Of a stretch of 62,407 nucleotides of DNA, positions 6,641 to 15,731 are shown piece by piece. A program made the position numbers and the translations under genes. Source of the stretch: Candidatus Daviesbacteria bacterium. Its GTDB lineage: Bacteria; Patescibacteriota; Microgenomatia; Daviesbacterales; UBA10151. The notes beneath the pieces are model-generated. The model saw only the letters and a list, made by a program, of their open reading frames with translations. It did no database searches and was not told the origin of the DNA. The stretch lies in assembly GCA_003519445.1 (NCBI GenBank), contig DOWS01000046.1, positions 1-62,407 of the forward strand. Direction: 5' to 3'. The number at the start of each line of letters is the position of its first letter. The first letter of the stretch is position 1.

Positions 6641-9364
6641 TTGACCTTTATTGGTTAATAACTGCAGTAAGATTATTCCGTTTCTTTCTTCAATTCTTTT
6701 CTCTTCACCTTGTTCTTTAATTTCTATTCTGGTTAAATCCTTTTTAGGATTATATTTAGCTTTTAATTTTTCTTCCCCTTTTATTTTAATGGTTTGATCT
6801 AAATCTTCCAGTCTGCCTGTTTTTTTATCTAACTTAAATTTAACCTCAAATTTATTATCAGGCAGGTTAATTGTTGGCCCGTCATTATAACTGATAGATT
6901 TGATTTCCAGTTTTTCCTTGCGCTTCTTATCCTTTGGTTCAACCTGTAATTTGGTGGTATTGCCTGCCTCATCAGTAATTATTATCTCTCCGGGGGTAAT
7001 TTCCTGGCCGTTTATTTCCAGATTTTGAGTAGTTAAATTAAACTGAACCATTGCTTCGGGCGGAGTTTTATCAATTTTAATTTCCTGCTCTTTGGGATTT
7101 TCTTCATTGCCTGCTTTATCAATACTCCTGAATTTTAGTTTTGAAATTCCTTCTTGGGAAATAGTAAATGGTTGGGAGTAAACCTGGATAGTAACTCCAT
7201 TATCCAAGGTATATTCAGTTTTTTCTATGCCTGATTCATCAGTTGCATTAAAGGTTACTGTTACATCTGATTTAAACCAGTTGTTTAATCCTTGGGTTCC
7301 TGATAACTGGACAGTGGTAACAGGGGGAGTTTCATCGTAATTAGCATTGCCGGTTAAGATAATCGTGGGATTAATTGTTTGCTGGTCAATTTGTAAAATT
7401 GGAGGTTCGGTGGAGCTAGTATCCAATACAGTTTGACCTTGGGAGGTAGAAGATATGGGGATGTCATTATACAAAACAGTTTCTGAATTGACATCGTTTT
7501 CAAATTTTCTGATTTTAAAATCAAAACTGCCATTATCCATTGCTTCAAATTTAATGGTGTATTGGCCGCTGTCAGGCAGCCAGATAAACTTGGCATCATC
7601 TAAAGTGTCATAACTGGAACCCGGAATATTTGCTTCAAAATCTCCATTTGGTAATGGCCCGGTATGGTTATCGGACGAGTCATAAACATGGATGTTGATA
7701 GGCGAATGAACAGAAACTTGCGTGCCGTTAAATGAATATGGTTGGTTTGATACCCCATTAGGTATCTGGTTATTTCCAGCCAAAATATTTTTAACTAAAT
7801 TTAAAGCAGGCCCGTTACCGGGTAATTCTCCGTGTTTTTGGTTAACATAAAAAACCGAGGAGGAGCCAAAAGAAGAACTCAAAAGAGGGACAGTATCATC
7901 ACCATTAATTCTAAACTCGTCTTTTTCCGGGATTTTAACTCCGGCAAAATCTATTTTGTATTTTTCAATAATTTGGCCAAGAGTGGCCATGCCGGAGCCG
8001 ACAATATTGGTAACTTCCACTCCGTTGGTGTTGGTTAAATTATTATCCAGACCATGGAATGTTTCAGATGGAGTAAATAAAGAAGTATTGTGGCCTAAAT
8101 TGGTCAAAAGAGTTTTTAATTGGGCATAGTTTAGCGCTCCAGTTACGTCATTGTTATCAATGTCTCTTAAATCAGCAAAAGGAAAAGGATGTTGATTATC
8201 CTGACCTGAATAAAAATTAAAGTATGTTTGGCTTGGAGCGAGTTGATAACCGCTAACCATATTTTGAATGACATCTTTAACTTCCGATGGAGCGAATTTG
8301 ATTAATCCAAATAGTAATACGGGATCTAGTTGTATTCCGTAATGTAAAGCTTTCAGGAAGTATGGGCTTCCCAAATGGGGAGTGCCTAAAGTAAATAATT
8401 TTCTGACATTTTGGGCTTTTGTTGCATCTGCAATGTAATTTCGGGCCACCAAACCGCCCATGGAATGGGCTACTATATCTACTTTTTGTGAACCTGTTTG
8501 AGTTTTTATTTGAGAAATCTTTTGATCCAGCAAATCCTTGGTTAAACTTAAATCTTTTCTCCAGTCATAAGGAAAGACAAAGAAATCTTGGTTTAGGATA
8601 TAGCTACTCCCTGTAAAAAAGTTAATAGCTCCCTGATAAGCCCCTGCATATAAATTTCCGGTTAAACCTAAACTAGCCTCGGAATTTATGCCATCAATTT
8701 TCATTCTTAACACATCAAAATAATCATCATTGCCGGGATTTCCTGCTTCCCCTTCATTAACCCAGACTTTCTCATCTTTGGGATAAGCATGGTTAAAAGT
8801 CCCACCATGTCCATCATCTTTATTCCAAATTGTATCCGCCTCAACTTTAAGTTCCGATCCCCCAATCCCCGGGATTAAAATTAAAGGGGTTTTGGTGAAA
8901 GGAGGTGGATCAGGAGCATTAGTATTAACTAAGTAGAGAGACGAACTGCCAATATATACTCCGCAAATATCAAAAAGTTTAACTTGGACTTGATTAACGC
9001 CTGGTTTAAAAAGGGAGGTAACATTCTGAGGAGGTTTATGAGAAATGAAAGCGCAGCCATTATCATATCTGAATGTGATAGATGCGGAAGTGCCATCTGG
9101 CCTCTTAACAACCCAAACCAGAGCCGCATCGTCTACGCCTGTACTGCCTGTCCCATCGGGATTTCCACTAAAAATCATTTGTCCGCTTCGATAGTCAATG
9201 TTAAAATTAACAGTTAAAAATGTTGCTCCCGAGGTAGTTGATTGTCCGGGGATGCCTGTGGTGATAGTATAGGGTATAGTTGCTGCAACAGCTGATTGGG
9301 GCAAGATTACCGGAAACAGAAAGACGGCGGAGATTATTGCAAGAAGCTTTAAAATTCTGGGCAT
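6623..9364 (-). CDS. Secreted multidomain LCAT/PGAP1-like alpha/beta-hydrolase (lipase/acyltransferase) with N-terminal jelly-roll-like and C-terminal Ig-like domains
   Basis: Signal peptide (..SAVA-AT); PLILIPGIGGS, FPYDWR, VAHSMGG nucleophile elbow, GTPHLGSP, GDDTVP, HGEL; DETPPVT...ATDESGI...SIDKAGNEE Ig-like repeat. Start moved to ATG 9364 based on promoter position. Confidence 0.82.
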   Translation of the reverse strand: MPRILKLLAIISAVFLFPVILPQSAVAATIPYTITTGIPGQSTTSGATFLTVNFNIDYRSGQMIFSGNPDGTGSTGVDDAALVWVVKRPDGTSASITFRYDNGCAFISHKPPQNVTSLFKPGVNQVQVKLFDICGVYIGSSSLYLVNTNAPDPPPFTKTPLILIPGIGGSELKVEADTIWNKDDGHGGTFNHAYPKDEKVWVNEGEAGNPGNDDYFDVLRMKIDGINSEASLGLTGNLYAGAYQGAINFFTGSSYILNQDFFVFPYDWRKDLSLTKDLLDQKISQIKTQTGSQKVDIVAHSMGGLVARNYIADATKAQNVRKLFTLGTPHLGSPYFLKALHYGIQLDPVLLFGLIKFAPSEVKDVIQNMVSGYQLAPSQTYFNFYSGQDNQHPFPFADLRDIDNNDVTGALNYAQLKTLLTNLGHNTSLFTPSETFHGLDNNLTNTNGVEVTNIVGSGMATLGQIIEKYKIDFAGVKIPEKDEFRINGDDTVPLLSSSFGSSSVFYVNQKHGELPGNGPALNLVKNILAGNNQIPNGVSNQPYSFNGTQVSVHSPINIHVYDSSDNHTGPLPNGDFEANIPGSSYDTLDDAKFIWLPDSGQYTIKFEAMDNGSFDFKIRKFENDVNSETVLYNDIPISSTSQGQTVLDTSSTEPPILQIDQQTINPTIILTGNANYDETPPVTTVQLSGTQGLNNWFKSDVTVTFNATDESGIEKTEYTLDNGVTIQVYSQPFTISQEGISKLKFRSIDKAGNEENPKEQEIKIDKTPPEAMVQFNLTTQNLEINGQEITPGEIIITDEAGNTTKLQVEPKDKKRKEKLEIKSISYNDGPTINLPDNKFEVKFKLDKKTGRLEDLDQTIKIKGEEKLKAKYNPKKDLTRIEIKEQGEEKRIEERNGIILLQLLTNKGQLETNF

Positions 9365-9371
9365 TGATTTA

Positions 9372-9445
9372 ATGATAATCAGAATCTTTAATTTTAACAA
9401 GACATAACAAGCAATTGCCAGAATATGCATTGATATTGGTATAAT
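9372..9445. promoter_or_regulatory. Divergent promoters for the hydrolase (-) and the glycosylation operon (+), both near-leaderless
   Basis: Minus strand: TTGTTA(9400-9395)-N17-TATCAT(9377-9372), 7 nt to ATG 9364. Plus strand: TGGTATAAT (9437-9445), 6 nt to ATG 9452. Confidence 0.6.
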
Positions 9446-9451
9446 TGTTAA

Positions 9452-10954
9452 ATGAGGTTTATTTTTAAATATAAATGGGGGATAGTCGTTGGCCTGGCAA
9501 TTATTGCTTTATTTTTTTTACTCCGTTTGCCCAATTTAACTTTGCAGCCTATTTTTGCCGACGAGGCTATTTATATCCGCTGGGCCCAGGTGATGAGAGC
9601 CGAGCCAACCCTGCGGTTTCTACCTTTATCCGATGGTAAAACCCCTCTTTTTATGTGGGCTATGATGCCTTTTCTGAAAGTATTTGAAGATCCTTTATTT
9701 GCCGGCAGGTTTTTATCTGTGGTAAGTGGATTTGTTACGCTTTTGGGAGTGTTTATGCTGACAAGAAAAGTATTTAATTTAAAAGCTGCTTTTTGGGCAA
9801 GCTTACTTTACGCGATAGTTCCTTATACGGTTTTTTTTGACCGGATGGCTTTAGTTGATTCCATGCTTTCTGCTTTTACTGTTTGGGCCCTGTATTTTGC
9901 CCTGTGGCTTGCAAGATCCCAAAGATTGGATATTTCTATGATTTTAGGATTTATTCTTGGGGGAGCGTGGCTTACCAAAACTCCGGCTGTTTTAAACCTG
10001 TTGCTTTTACCCGTATCCATACTGGCCTTTAAAAAAACAAAAGTAGAAAAGCATGCTTTTTTAAAACTTTTTTTGTTTTGGGCAGTGGCTATATTTATAG
10101 CATTGGCTATGTATAACCTCTTGCGGTTGGGGCCTAACTTTCATTTGCTTTCTTCCAGAAATGCCGACTATGTTTTTTCACCTCTTGAACTTGTAGGTAG
10201 GCCTCTTGATCCTTTTATTCCTCATTTTCATGATATTTCCGACTGGTTTCCCAAACTTTTAACTCTACCAGTATTGATTTTTTTGATAGGCGGAATAATT
10301 GAGGTTTTTATGGAAAAGAATAGAAAAGGATTGGTAGTTTTGCTGTGGGCTTTGATACCGCTGTTTTTGGCAATGGTATTTCTCCGGACTTTTACTGCTA
10401 GATACTTACTTTCCTCCATACCATTGCTTTTAATTTTTGGGGGATATTGTATTGAAGGGATAATAAAGTATTTAAAAAAAACAAAGGCATTAAGCGGAAA
10501 TTCTTTTTTGATACCTGGAGGACTTTTCCTGCTTTTAATGTATCCCGCAACACAGTTTAATTATCAACTTTTGACAAATCCCCCGCCGACATTTTTGCCA
10601 CAGGAGGAGAGGCTAGGTTATTTTGAACAGTGGACAGCAGGTTATGGCTTCAAAGAAATTGCCCGGTTTCTGATTGAACAAAAAACAAAAGGCTTGGTGG
10701 TTGTTGGTACAGAAGGCTTTTTCGGCACATTGCCGGATGGGCTCTATATTTATCTTGATAAATCCAATATTTCAGTTGTTGGCAGCCATGCTACAATTTC
10801 CGCCCAAGTCAGAAATGCTGCCAAAGATCATTTAACTTTCTTTGTGGGGAATAAAAGCAACCTGAAAGGTTCTGTTTCAGGGGTAGAGTTGATCAAAGAA
10901 TATCCCAAGGTTGGCTCTGATGCCACTGTTTTGTACAAAGTAGTGCCACGGTAA
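9452..10954 (+). CDS. GT-C membrane glycosyltransferase (PMT_2/ArnT/GT39-GT83-like)
   Basis: PIFADEAIY acidic motif after TM1, DGKTPLFMW, DRMALVDSM, many TM helices. Confidence 0.82.
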   Translation: MRFIFKYKWGIVVGLAIIALFFLLRLPNLTLQPIFADEAIYIRWAQVMRAEPTLRFLPLSDGKTPLFMWAMMPFLKVFEDPLFAGRFLSVVSGFVTLLGVFMLTRKVFNLKAAFWASLLYAIVPYTVFFDRMALVDSMLSAFTVWALYFALWLARSQRLDISMILGFILGGAWLTKTPAVLNLLLLPVSILAFKKTKVEKHAFLKLFLFWAVAIFIALAMYNLLRLGPNFHLLSSRNADYVFSPLELVGRPLDPFIPHFHDISDWFPKLLTLPVLIFLIGGIIEVFMEKNRKGLVVLLWALIPLFLAMVFLRTFTARYLLSSIPLLLIFGGYCIEGIIKYLKKTKALSGNSFLIPGGLFLLLMYPATQFNYQLLTNPPPTFLPQEERLGYFEQWTAGYGFKEIARFLIEQKTKGLVVVGTEGFFGTLPDGLYIYLDKSNISVVGSHATISAQVRNAAKDHLTFFVGNKSNLKGSVSGVELIKEYPKVGSDATVLYKVVPR

Positions 10955-10959
10955 TTAAG

Positions 10960-12597
10960 ATGAAAAAAACTCTTTTAATTTTATTTTTAATAACTTTGCC
11001 GTCTCTTATTTCTTTTTTTAACACCCAATTTTTTTACACCCAGGATTATATATTTATAGCCCGGCTGCAGCAGATGAGCAAAGCTTTATCTGATGGTTAT
11101 TTTCCTGTCCGCTGGGCAGGCGATCTCCGTTTTGGCGAACCCCTTTTTAATTTTTACGCCCCCCTCCCCTATTATCTGGGAGCTTTGATAAAACTTTTAG
11201 GTTTTAACTATATTTGGGTGGCAAAAATACTTTTTATTTTATCAAGCTTTTTATCTGCCGTAACAATGTATCTTTTGTGCCGGAAACTTTTTAATCAAAA
11301 ATCTGCATTTTTGGCAACTGCCCTTTACATATGGGCTCCTTATAGGGCAGTTGATCTTTATGTAAGAGGTGCCTTGTCCGAGGCTTTTGCTTTTGTCTTT
11401 TTCCCGCTGATTTTTTATGCCTCGCTGCTTTTATCCCAAAAAATCACTTTGAGAAGGATTTCTTTTCTTTCTATTTCCCTGGCAGGTTTATTCCTGACGC
11501 ATAATGTGACAACCTTAATCTTTTTACCATTTTTATTTTTATGGTGGTTGTATTTGTGGATAAAACAAAAAAACCGGAGATTAATTCTGCACTTTTGCTC
11601 CTCATTGGTATTAGGTTTGGGATTATCAGCAACTTTTCTTCTTCCGGCAGTTTTTGAAAGAGGGTTTATCCAGACAAAATATTTGCTGGTAGGATATTTT
11701 GATTTTAGGGCTCATTTTGTGGCATTTTACCAGTTTTTCTCAACATTCTGGGGGTACGGGTCATCGCTATGGGGGCCAATAGATGATATGTCGTTTCAAG
11801 TGGGCTTAGCCCATTGGGTAGCAATGCTGTTTGCTTTGGTTGTCGGGTTTATTAAACGAAGCGATAAAAAAATATTACTACTTACTTCGTTTTTGTTTTT
11901 CAGTTTCTTTTTCTCTATTTTTTTGCAGCATAACAAATCAGCCTTTTTATGGGAAGCGATTCCTTTAATGGCTTTTATCCAGTTTCCCTGGAGATTTCTG
12001 GCAATTTCAATTTTTATTGTTTCTTTGTTCGGTGCGGTAGCCCTAAATCATTTAAAATGGAAGCCTAACATTATTTTTTTTATTGCACTTGCTGCAGTAA
12101 TCCTAATTAATTTTAATTATTTTAAACCAAGGAACTTTGTAGAAGATTCTTTTTTTGCCAAGTTTTTAAATACGGACAGCACGCACCGGGGAGTGGATTT
12201 GACCAAAGATTATTTTCCAATCTGGGTAAAATTTGACAGGGTAGAATATTTTCCAACTCCAAGGGCAAATAGCGGAGAAATTGAAGTTTTAAGTTTTGAA
12301 CAAAAAACAGCCAAAGCAAAAGGGGAGATTAAGGTTTTATCAGACGCTTTGGTAGAAGTGCCTATTACTTATTTTCCCGGCTGGGAAGTTAAGGCGAATG
12401 GCCTAAATATAAAATTGCAAGAACCTTCTTTGCAGGGACTGATTACTTTTGAGCTTCCCAAGGGGGACAACAGGATAGATTTGGTATTAAAAGACACTCC
12501 TGTTAGAATAATAGGTAATATTTTAAGTTTAACAAGTGCCGCAGCGCTCCTTATTTTTTTAGGATATGCCAAATTTAAATATGCTAAATCTAATTAA
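10960..12597 (+). CDS. GT-C-like membrane protein (YfhO/'PTPS-related' family)
   Basis: QD..IARL...FPVRW...GEPLFNFYAPLPYY, YVRGALSE, THN, IQFPWRFL, C-terminal YFPGWEV beta domain. Confidence 0.78.
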   Translation: MKKTLLILFLITLPSLISFFNTQFFYTQDYIFIARLQQMSKALSDGYFPVRWAGDLRFGEPLFNFYAPLPYYLGALIKLLGFNYIWVAKILFILSSFLSAVTMYLLCRKLFNQKSAFLATALYIWAPYRAVDLYVRGALSEAFAFVFFPLIFYASLLLSQKITLRRISFLSISLAGLFLTHNVTTLIFLPFLFLWWLYLWIKQKNRRLILHFCSSLVLGLGLSATFLLPAVFERGFIQTKYLLVGYFDFRAHFVAFYQFFSTFWGYGSSLWGPIDDMSFQVGLAHWVAMLFALVVGFIKRSDKKILLLTSFLFFSFFFSIFLQHNKSAFLWEAIPLMAFIQFPWRFLAISIFIVSLFGAVALNHLKWKPNIIFFIALAAVILINFNYFKPRNFVEDSFFAKFLNTDSTHRGVDLTKDYFPIWVKFDRVEYFPTPRANSGEIEVLSFEQKTAKAKGEIKVLSDALVEVPITYFPGWEVKANGLNIKLQEPSLQGLITFELPKGDNRIDLVLKDTPVRIIGNILSLTSAAALLIFLGYAKFKYAKSN

Positions 12598-14281
12598 ATC
12601 CCATAAAGTATTTACTATTGGTTTGATATTAACCCTGTCTTTGTTTTGGCCGCTTTTTTGGGCCCCGTTTTTTTCACATCATGACGATGTTCAAATTATC
12701 AGGCTTTACGAGATGGACAAGTGTATCAAGGATGGGCAAATTCCTTGCCGATGGGTGCCTGATTTAGGCGGTTTGTACGGTTACCCTATTTTTAACTACT
12801 ACGCCCCTCTTCCATATTATGTTGGTGAAATTTTTTATTTGATGACAGGCAGCCTGATTTTTTCCGTTAAGATGATGTTTGTCTTGCCTTTTGTTGGTTC
12901 CTACATATTTATGTTTCTTTTGGCCAGAAAATTTTGGGGAAAACTAGGAGGAAGTCTATCGGCAATTTTCTATAGTTTTGCCCCATACCATGCGCTTGAT
13001 TTTTATGCGAGGGGAGCCATGGGGGAGATGTGGGCTTTAATGGTTTTTCCGGCTTTGCTGTGGAGTTTTGTCAGAATGGGGGAGAAAACCTGTATTATAA
13101 ATCTAACTGTTTCTTCTTTATTAACTGCTTTCCTGATCACTTCCCATAATCTCTCCGCCATGTTATTTCTTCCTATACTTTTAATCTGGATTTTCATTTT
13201 GATGTTAAAAGCAAAAACCAGGAAATTTTTTCTTTATAGCATTCTTGCTATTTTGTTGGGAGTTTGCATTTCTGCTTTTTATCTTTTTCCAATGATATTT
13301 GAGAAGAATTTGGTGCATGTTGATACAACAACTTATGGATATTTTTCTTACACGGAACATTTTAAAGGATTTTCTAAATTACTGGAGAGGTCTTGGGGAT
13401 ATGGATCTTCCATCAGGGAAGTGCCCGGGGGAGAAAGAGACGGGTTGTCTTACCAGATTGGCTGGGTTCATCTTTTGGGCTGGGCTATTGCAATATATGC
13501 AGCCGTAAGGCTATGGCGTCCAAAGCGCTGGTTAGCTGTAGCGATAATTTTTTCCTCAATTCTTATAGCTTTAAGTATGTATATGATTAATCCCCGGTCG
13601 GTGTTTATCTGGAAATTTGTTGAACCAATAAAATTTCTGCAGTTTCCCTGGAGATTTTTATTAATTGTGAGCTTTTTTATTTCTTTTATTTCAGGAAGCG
13701 CAGTTTTAGTTTTAAAAAACAAGAAAATTTTGATTGCCCTAATTGTTTTGGTTGTGGCATTAAATTTTCTCTATTTCAGGCCGGAAAAATTTATTAATGT
13801 TACGGAAAAAGAACTTTTGTCAGGGGAATATTGGGATAAGCAAATTAAAAGATCTATTTTTGATTATTTGCCTATTTTTGCCAAGGAACCCCCGGCAGAA
13901 CTTGCCAAAGAGAGGTATCAAATTTTAACAGGAGAAACAAAAATAATTGATCTTAAAGAAGGCACTAACTGGTTTAACTTTAAGGCAGAAACCACCACCC
14001 ATACCATCATCCGCCTTTCCCAATATTATTTCCCTGACTGGAGGATAAAAGTTGACGGCAAGGAAGTGCCAATAGAATACAAAGATAATACTTTGGGTTT
14101 AATGACAATTATTTTAGGGAAAGGGAGCCACCAGATAAGCGGAAGATTATATGATACTCCTGTGAGAGTTGTTTCCAATTTTATCACTACGGTGACTTTT
14201 ATAGTTTTGGCTGTTGTGTTCATGTTCCAGATTAAGAGGATTAAAAAATGGCTTTTATACTATAGAAAAAGAATAGATTAA
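12581..14281 (+). CDS. GT-C-like membrane protein (YfhO/'PTPS-related' family), paralog of the preceding gene
   Basis: HDD..IIRL...RWVPDL..YGYPIFNYYAPLPYY, YARGAMGE, SHN, LQFPWRFL, YYFPDW. Start 12566 or 12581. Confidence 0.78.
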   Translation: MLNLIKSHKVFTIGLILTLSLFWPLFWAPFFSHHDDVQIIRLYEMDKCIKDGQIPCRWVPDLGGLYGYPIFNYYAPLPYYVGEIFYLMTGSLIFSVKMMFVLPFVGSYIFMFLLARKFWGKLGGSLSAIFYSFAPYHALDFYARGAMGEMWALMVFPALLWSFVRMGEKTCIINLTVSSLLTAFLITSHNLSAMLFLPILLIWIFILMLKAKTRKFFLYSILAILLGVCISAFYLFPMIFEKNLVHVDTTTYGYFSYTEHFKGFSKLLERSWGYGSSIREVPGGERDGLSYQIGWVHLLGWAIAIYAAVRLWRPKRWLAVAIIFSSILIALSMYMINPRSVFIWKFVEPIKFLQFPWRFLLIVSFFISFISGSAVLVLKNKKILIALIVLVVALNFLYFRPEKFINVTEKELLSGEYWDKQIKRSIFDYLPIFAKEPPAELAKERYQILTGETKIIDLKEGTNWFNFKAETTTHTIIRLSQYYFPDWRIKVDGKEVPIEYKDNTLGLMTIILGKGSHQISGRLYDTPVRVVSNFITTVTFIVLAVVFMFQIKRIKKWLLYYRKRID

Positions 14282-14285
14282 ATTT

Positions 14286-15731
14286 ATGGAAGATTTATCT
14301 GTAGAGTTGGTAAAAAACAGAGCTATTAAAGGAGCTGCAATACTGACTGTCAGAAATATCCTAATTCAGGCAGTATCTTTTTTTTCAATTGCTCTTTTAA
14401 CTTTTCTTTTAGAGCCGCAGGATTACGGCGTATTTTTTATAGTTTCCGCTGTTGTTAGTTTTTTGGCATATTTTGGCGATATAGGTTTTGCCGCCAGCTT
14501 GATACAAAAAAAAGAAAAATTGCAGGATATTGAACTGCGGACTATTTTTACCGCTCAACAAATACTGGTGTTTTCTCTTGTCAGTATAGTTTTTCTGCTT
14601 ACCCCGGTTATTAGAAATTTCTATCATTTTGACAATGGGGCAATATATCTTCTTTGGGCCCTTGCTTTTTCGCTTGTTCTTTCATCATTAAAAACTATAC
14701 CTACAGTATTGTTAGAGAGAAAACTGGAGTTTAATAAATACATTATTCCTCAAATCCTGGAAGTTTTAGTTTTTAATATTACTGCGGTATTTTTTGCCTG
14801 GAGGGGCTTTGGAGTTACAAGTTTTACAATAGCCGTCATCTTGCGGGGATTTGTAGGTTTGGTGTCAACTTATATAGTTTCACCGTGGATCCCGAGGTTT
14901 GCATTCTCTGCCTCCTCCTTTAAATCTTTGTTAAAGTTTGGAATTCCTTATCAAGCAAATACTTTTCTTGCAATGATCAAAGATGATGGCATGACGCTAT
15001 TCTTGGGTGGGACGCTGGGTTCATCCGGAATAGGGCTTTTGGGATGGGCTCAAAAATGGGCTTTTGCGCCTCTGCGTTTTTTTATGGATCAGGTTATCAA
15101 AGTTACTTTTCCTGCTTTTTCCCGTATGCAGGATAATAAAAAAGAGTTATCCAATGCCTTATCAAAATCAATTTTTTATATTTGTCTTTTGGTATTTCCG
15201 GCCCTTACTTTTTTGATACTGGTTGCTCCGTCTTTGGTGGAGGTAATTCCAAAGTATAGCAAATGGAGCCCGGCGCTTTTGGCGCTGTCGTTTCTCTCCA
15301 TTACTTCCGCCTTAGCCGCGGTAGCAACCCCTTTAACTAATGCCTTCAATGCAATTGGAAAAATATCAGTAACTTTTAAATTAATGATTATGTGGACTGT
15401 GCTCACTTGGCTTTTTGTGCCGTTTTTATCTTCTGTATTTGGAGTAAATGGCGCGGCAGCGGGTTTTGCCCTGGTAGGACTTAGTTCGGTGGTAGTGATG
15501 TTTGTTGCCTTAAAATATGTTGAGATAAATTATTTGAAAATTGTTGGAAAGCCATTGCTTGTTTCAGTAATTACAGGTGGGGTAGTGTTGGTAATAAGAT
15601 CTTCTTTGCAGGTTTCATGGCAACAGGTTGCTTTTATGTGCGCTGGTGGATTAGTAACATATTTTACAACTGTTCTTATCCTAGAACCCAAACTTTTAAT
15701 TTTTCTTAAAATAAAAAAAAGAAATGCTTAA
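14286..15731 (+). CDS. MOP-superfamily (Wzx/WzxC-like) polysaccharide flippase
   Basis: LLEPQDYGVF, DIGFAASLIQKK, LLER.LEF, LLKFG, VTFPAFSRMQD; about 12-14 TMs. Confidence 0.85.
   Translation: MEDLSVELVKNRAIKGAAILTVRNILIQAVSFFSIALLTFLLEPQDYGVFFIVSAVVSFLAYFGDIGFAASLIQKKEKLQDIELRTIFTAQQILVFSLVSIVFLLTPVIRNFYHFDNGAIYLLWALAFSLVLSSLKTIPTVLLERKLEFNKYIIPQILEVLVFNITAVFFAWRGFGVTSFTIAVILRGFVGLVSTYIVSPWIPRFAFSASSFKSLLKFGIPYQANTFLAMIKDDGMTLFLGGTLGSSGIGLLGWAQKWAFAPLRFFMDQVIKVTFPAFSRMQDNKKELSNALSKSIFYICLLVFPALTFLILVAPSLVEVIPKYSKWSPALLALSFLSITSALAAVATPLTNAFNAIGKISVTFKLMIMWTVLTWLFVPFLSSVFGVNGAAAGFALVGLSSVVVMFVALKYVEINYLKIVGKPLLVSVITGGVVLVIRSSLQVSWQQVAFMCAGGLVTYFTTVLILEPKLLIFLKIKKRNA

Noticed and set aside
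10960..14281. 6-pyruvoyl-tetrahydropterin synthase function
   Set aside because: The 'PTPS-related' family name is misleading; these are multi-TM YfhO/GT-C-like proteins without PTPS motifs.
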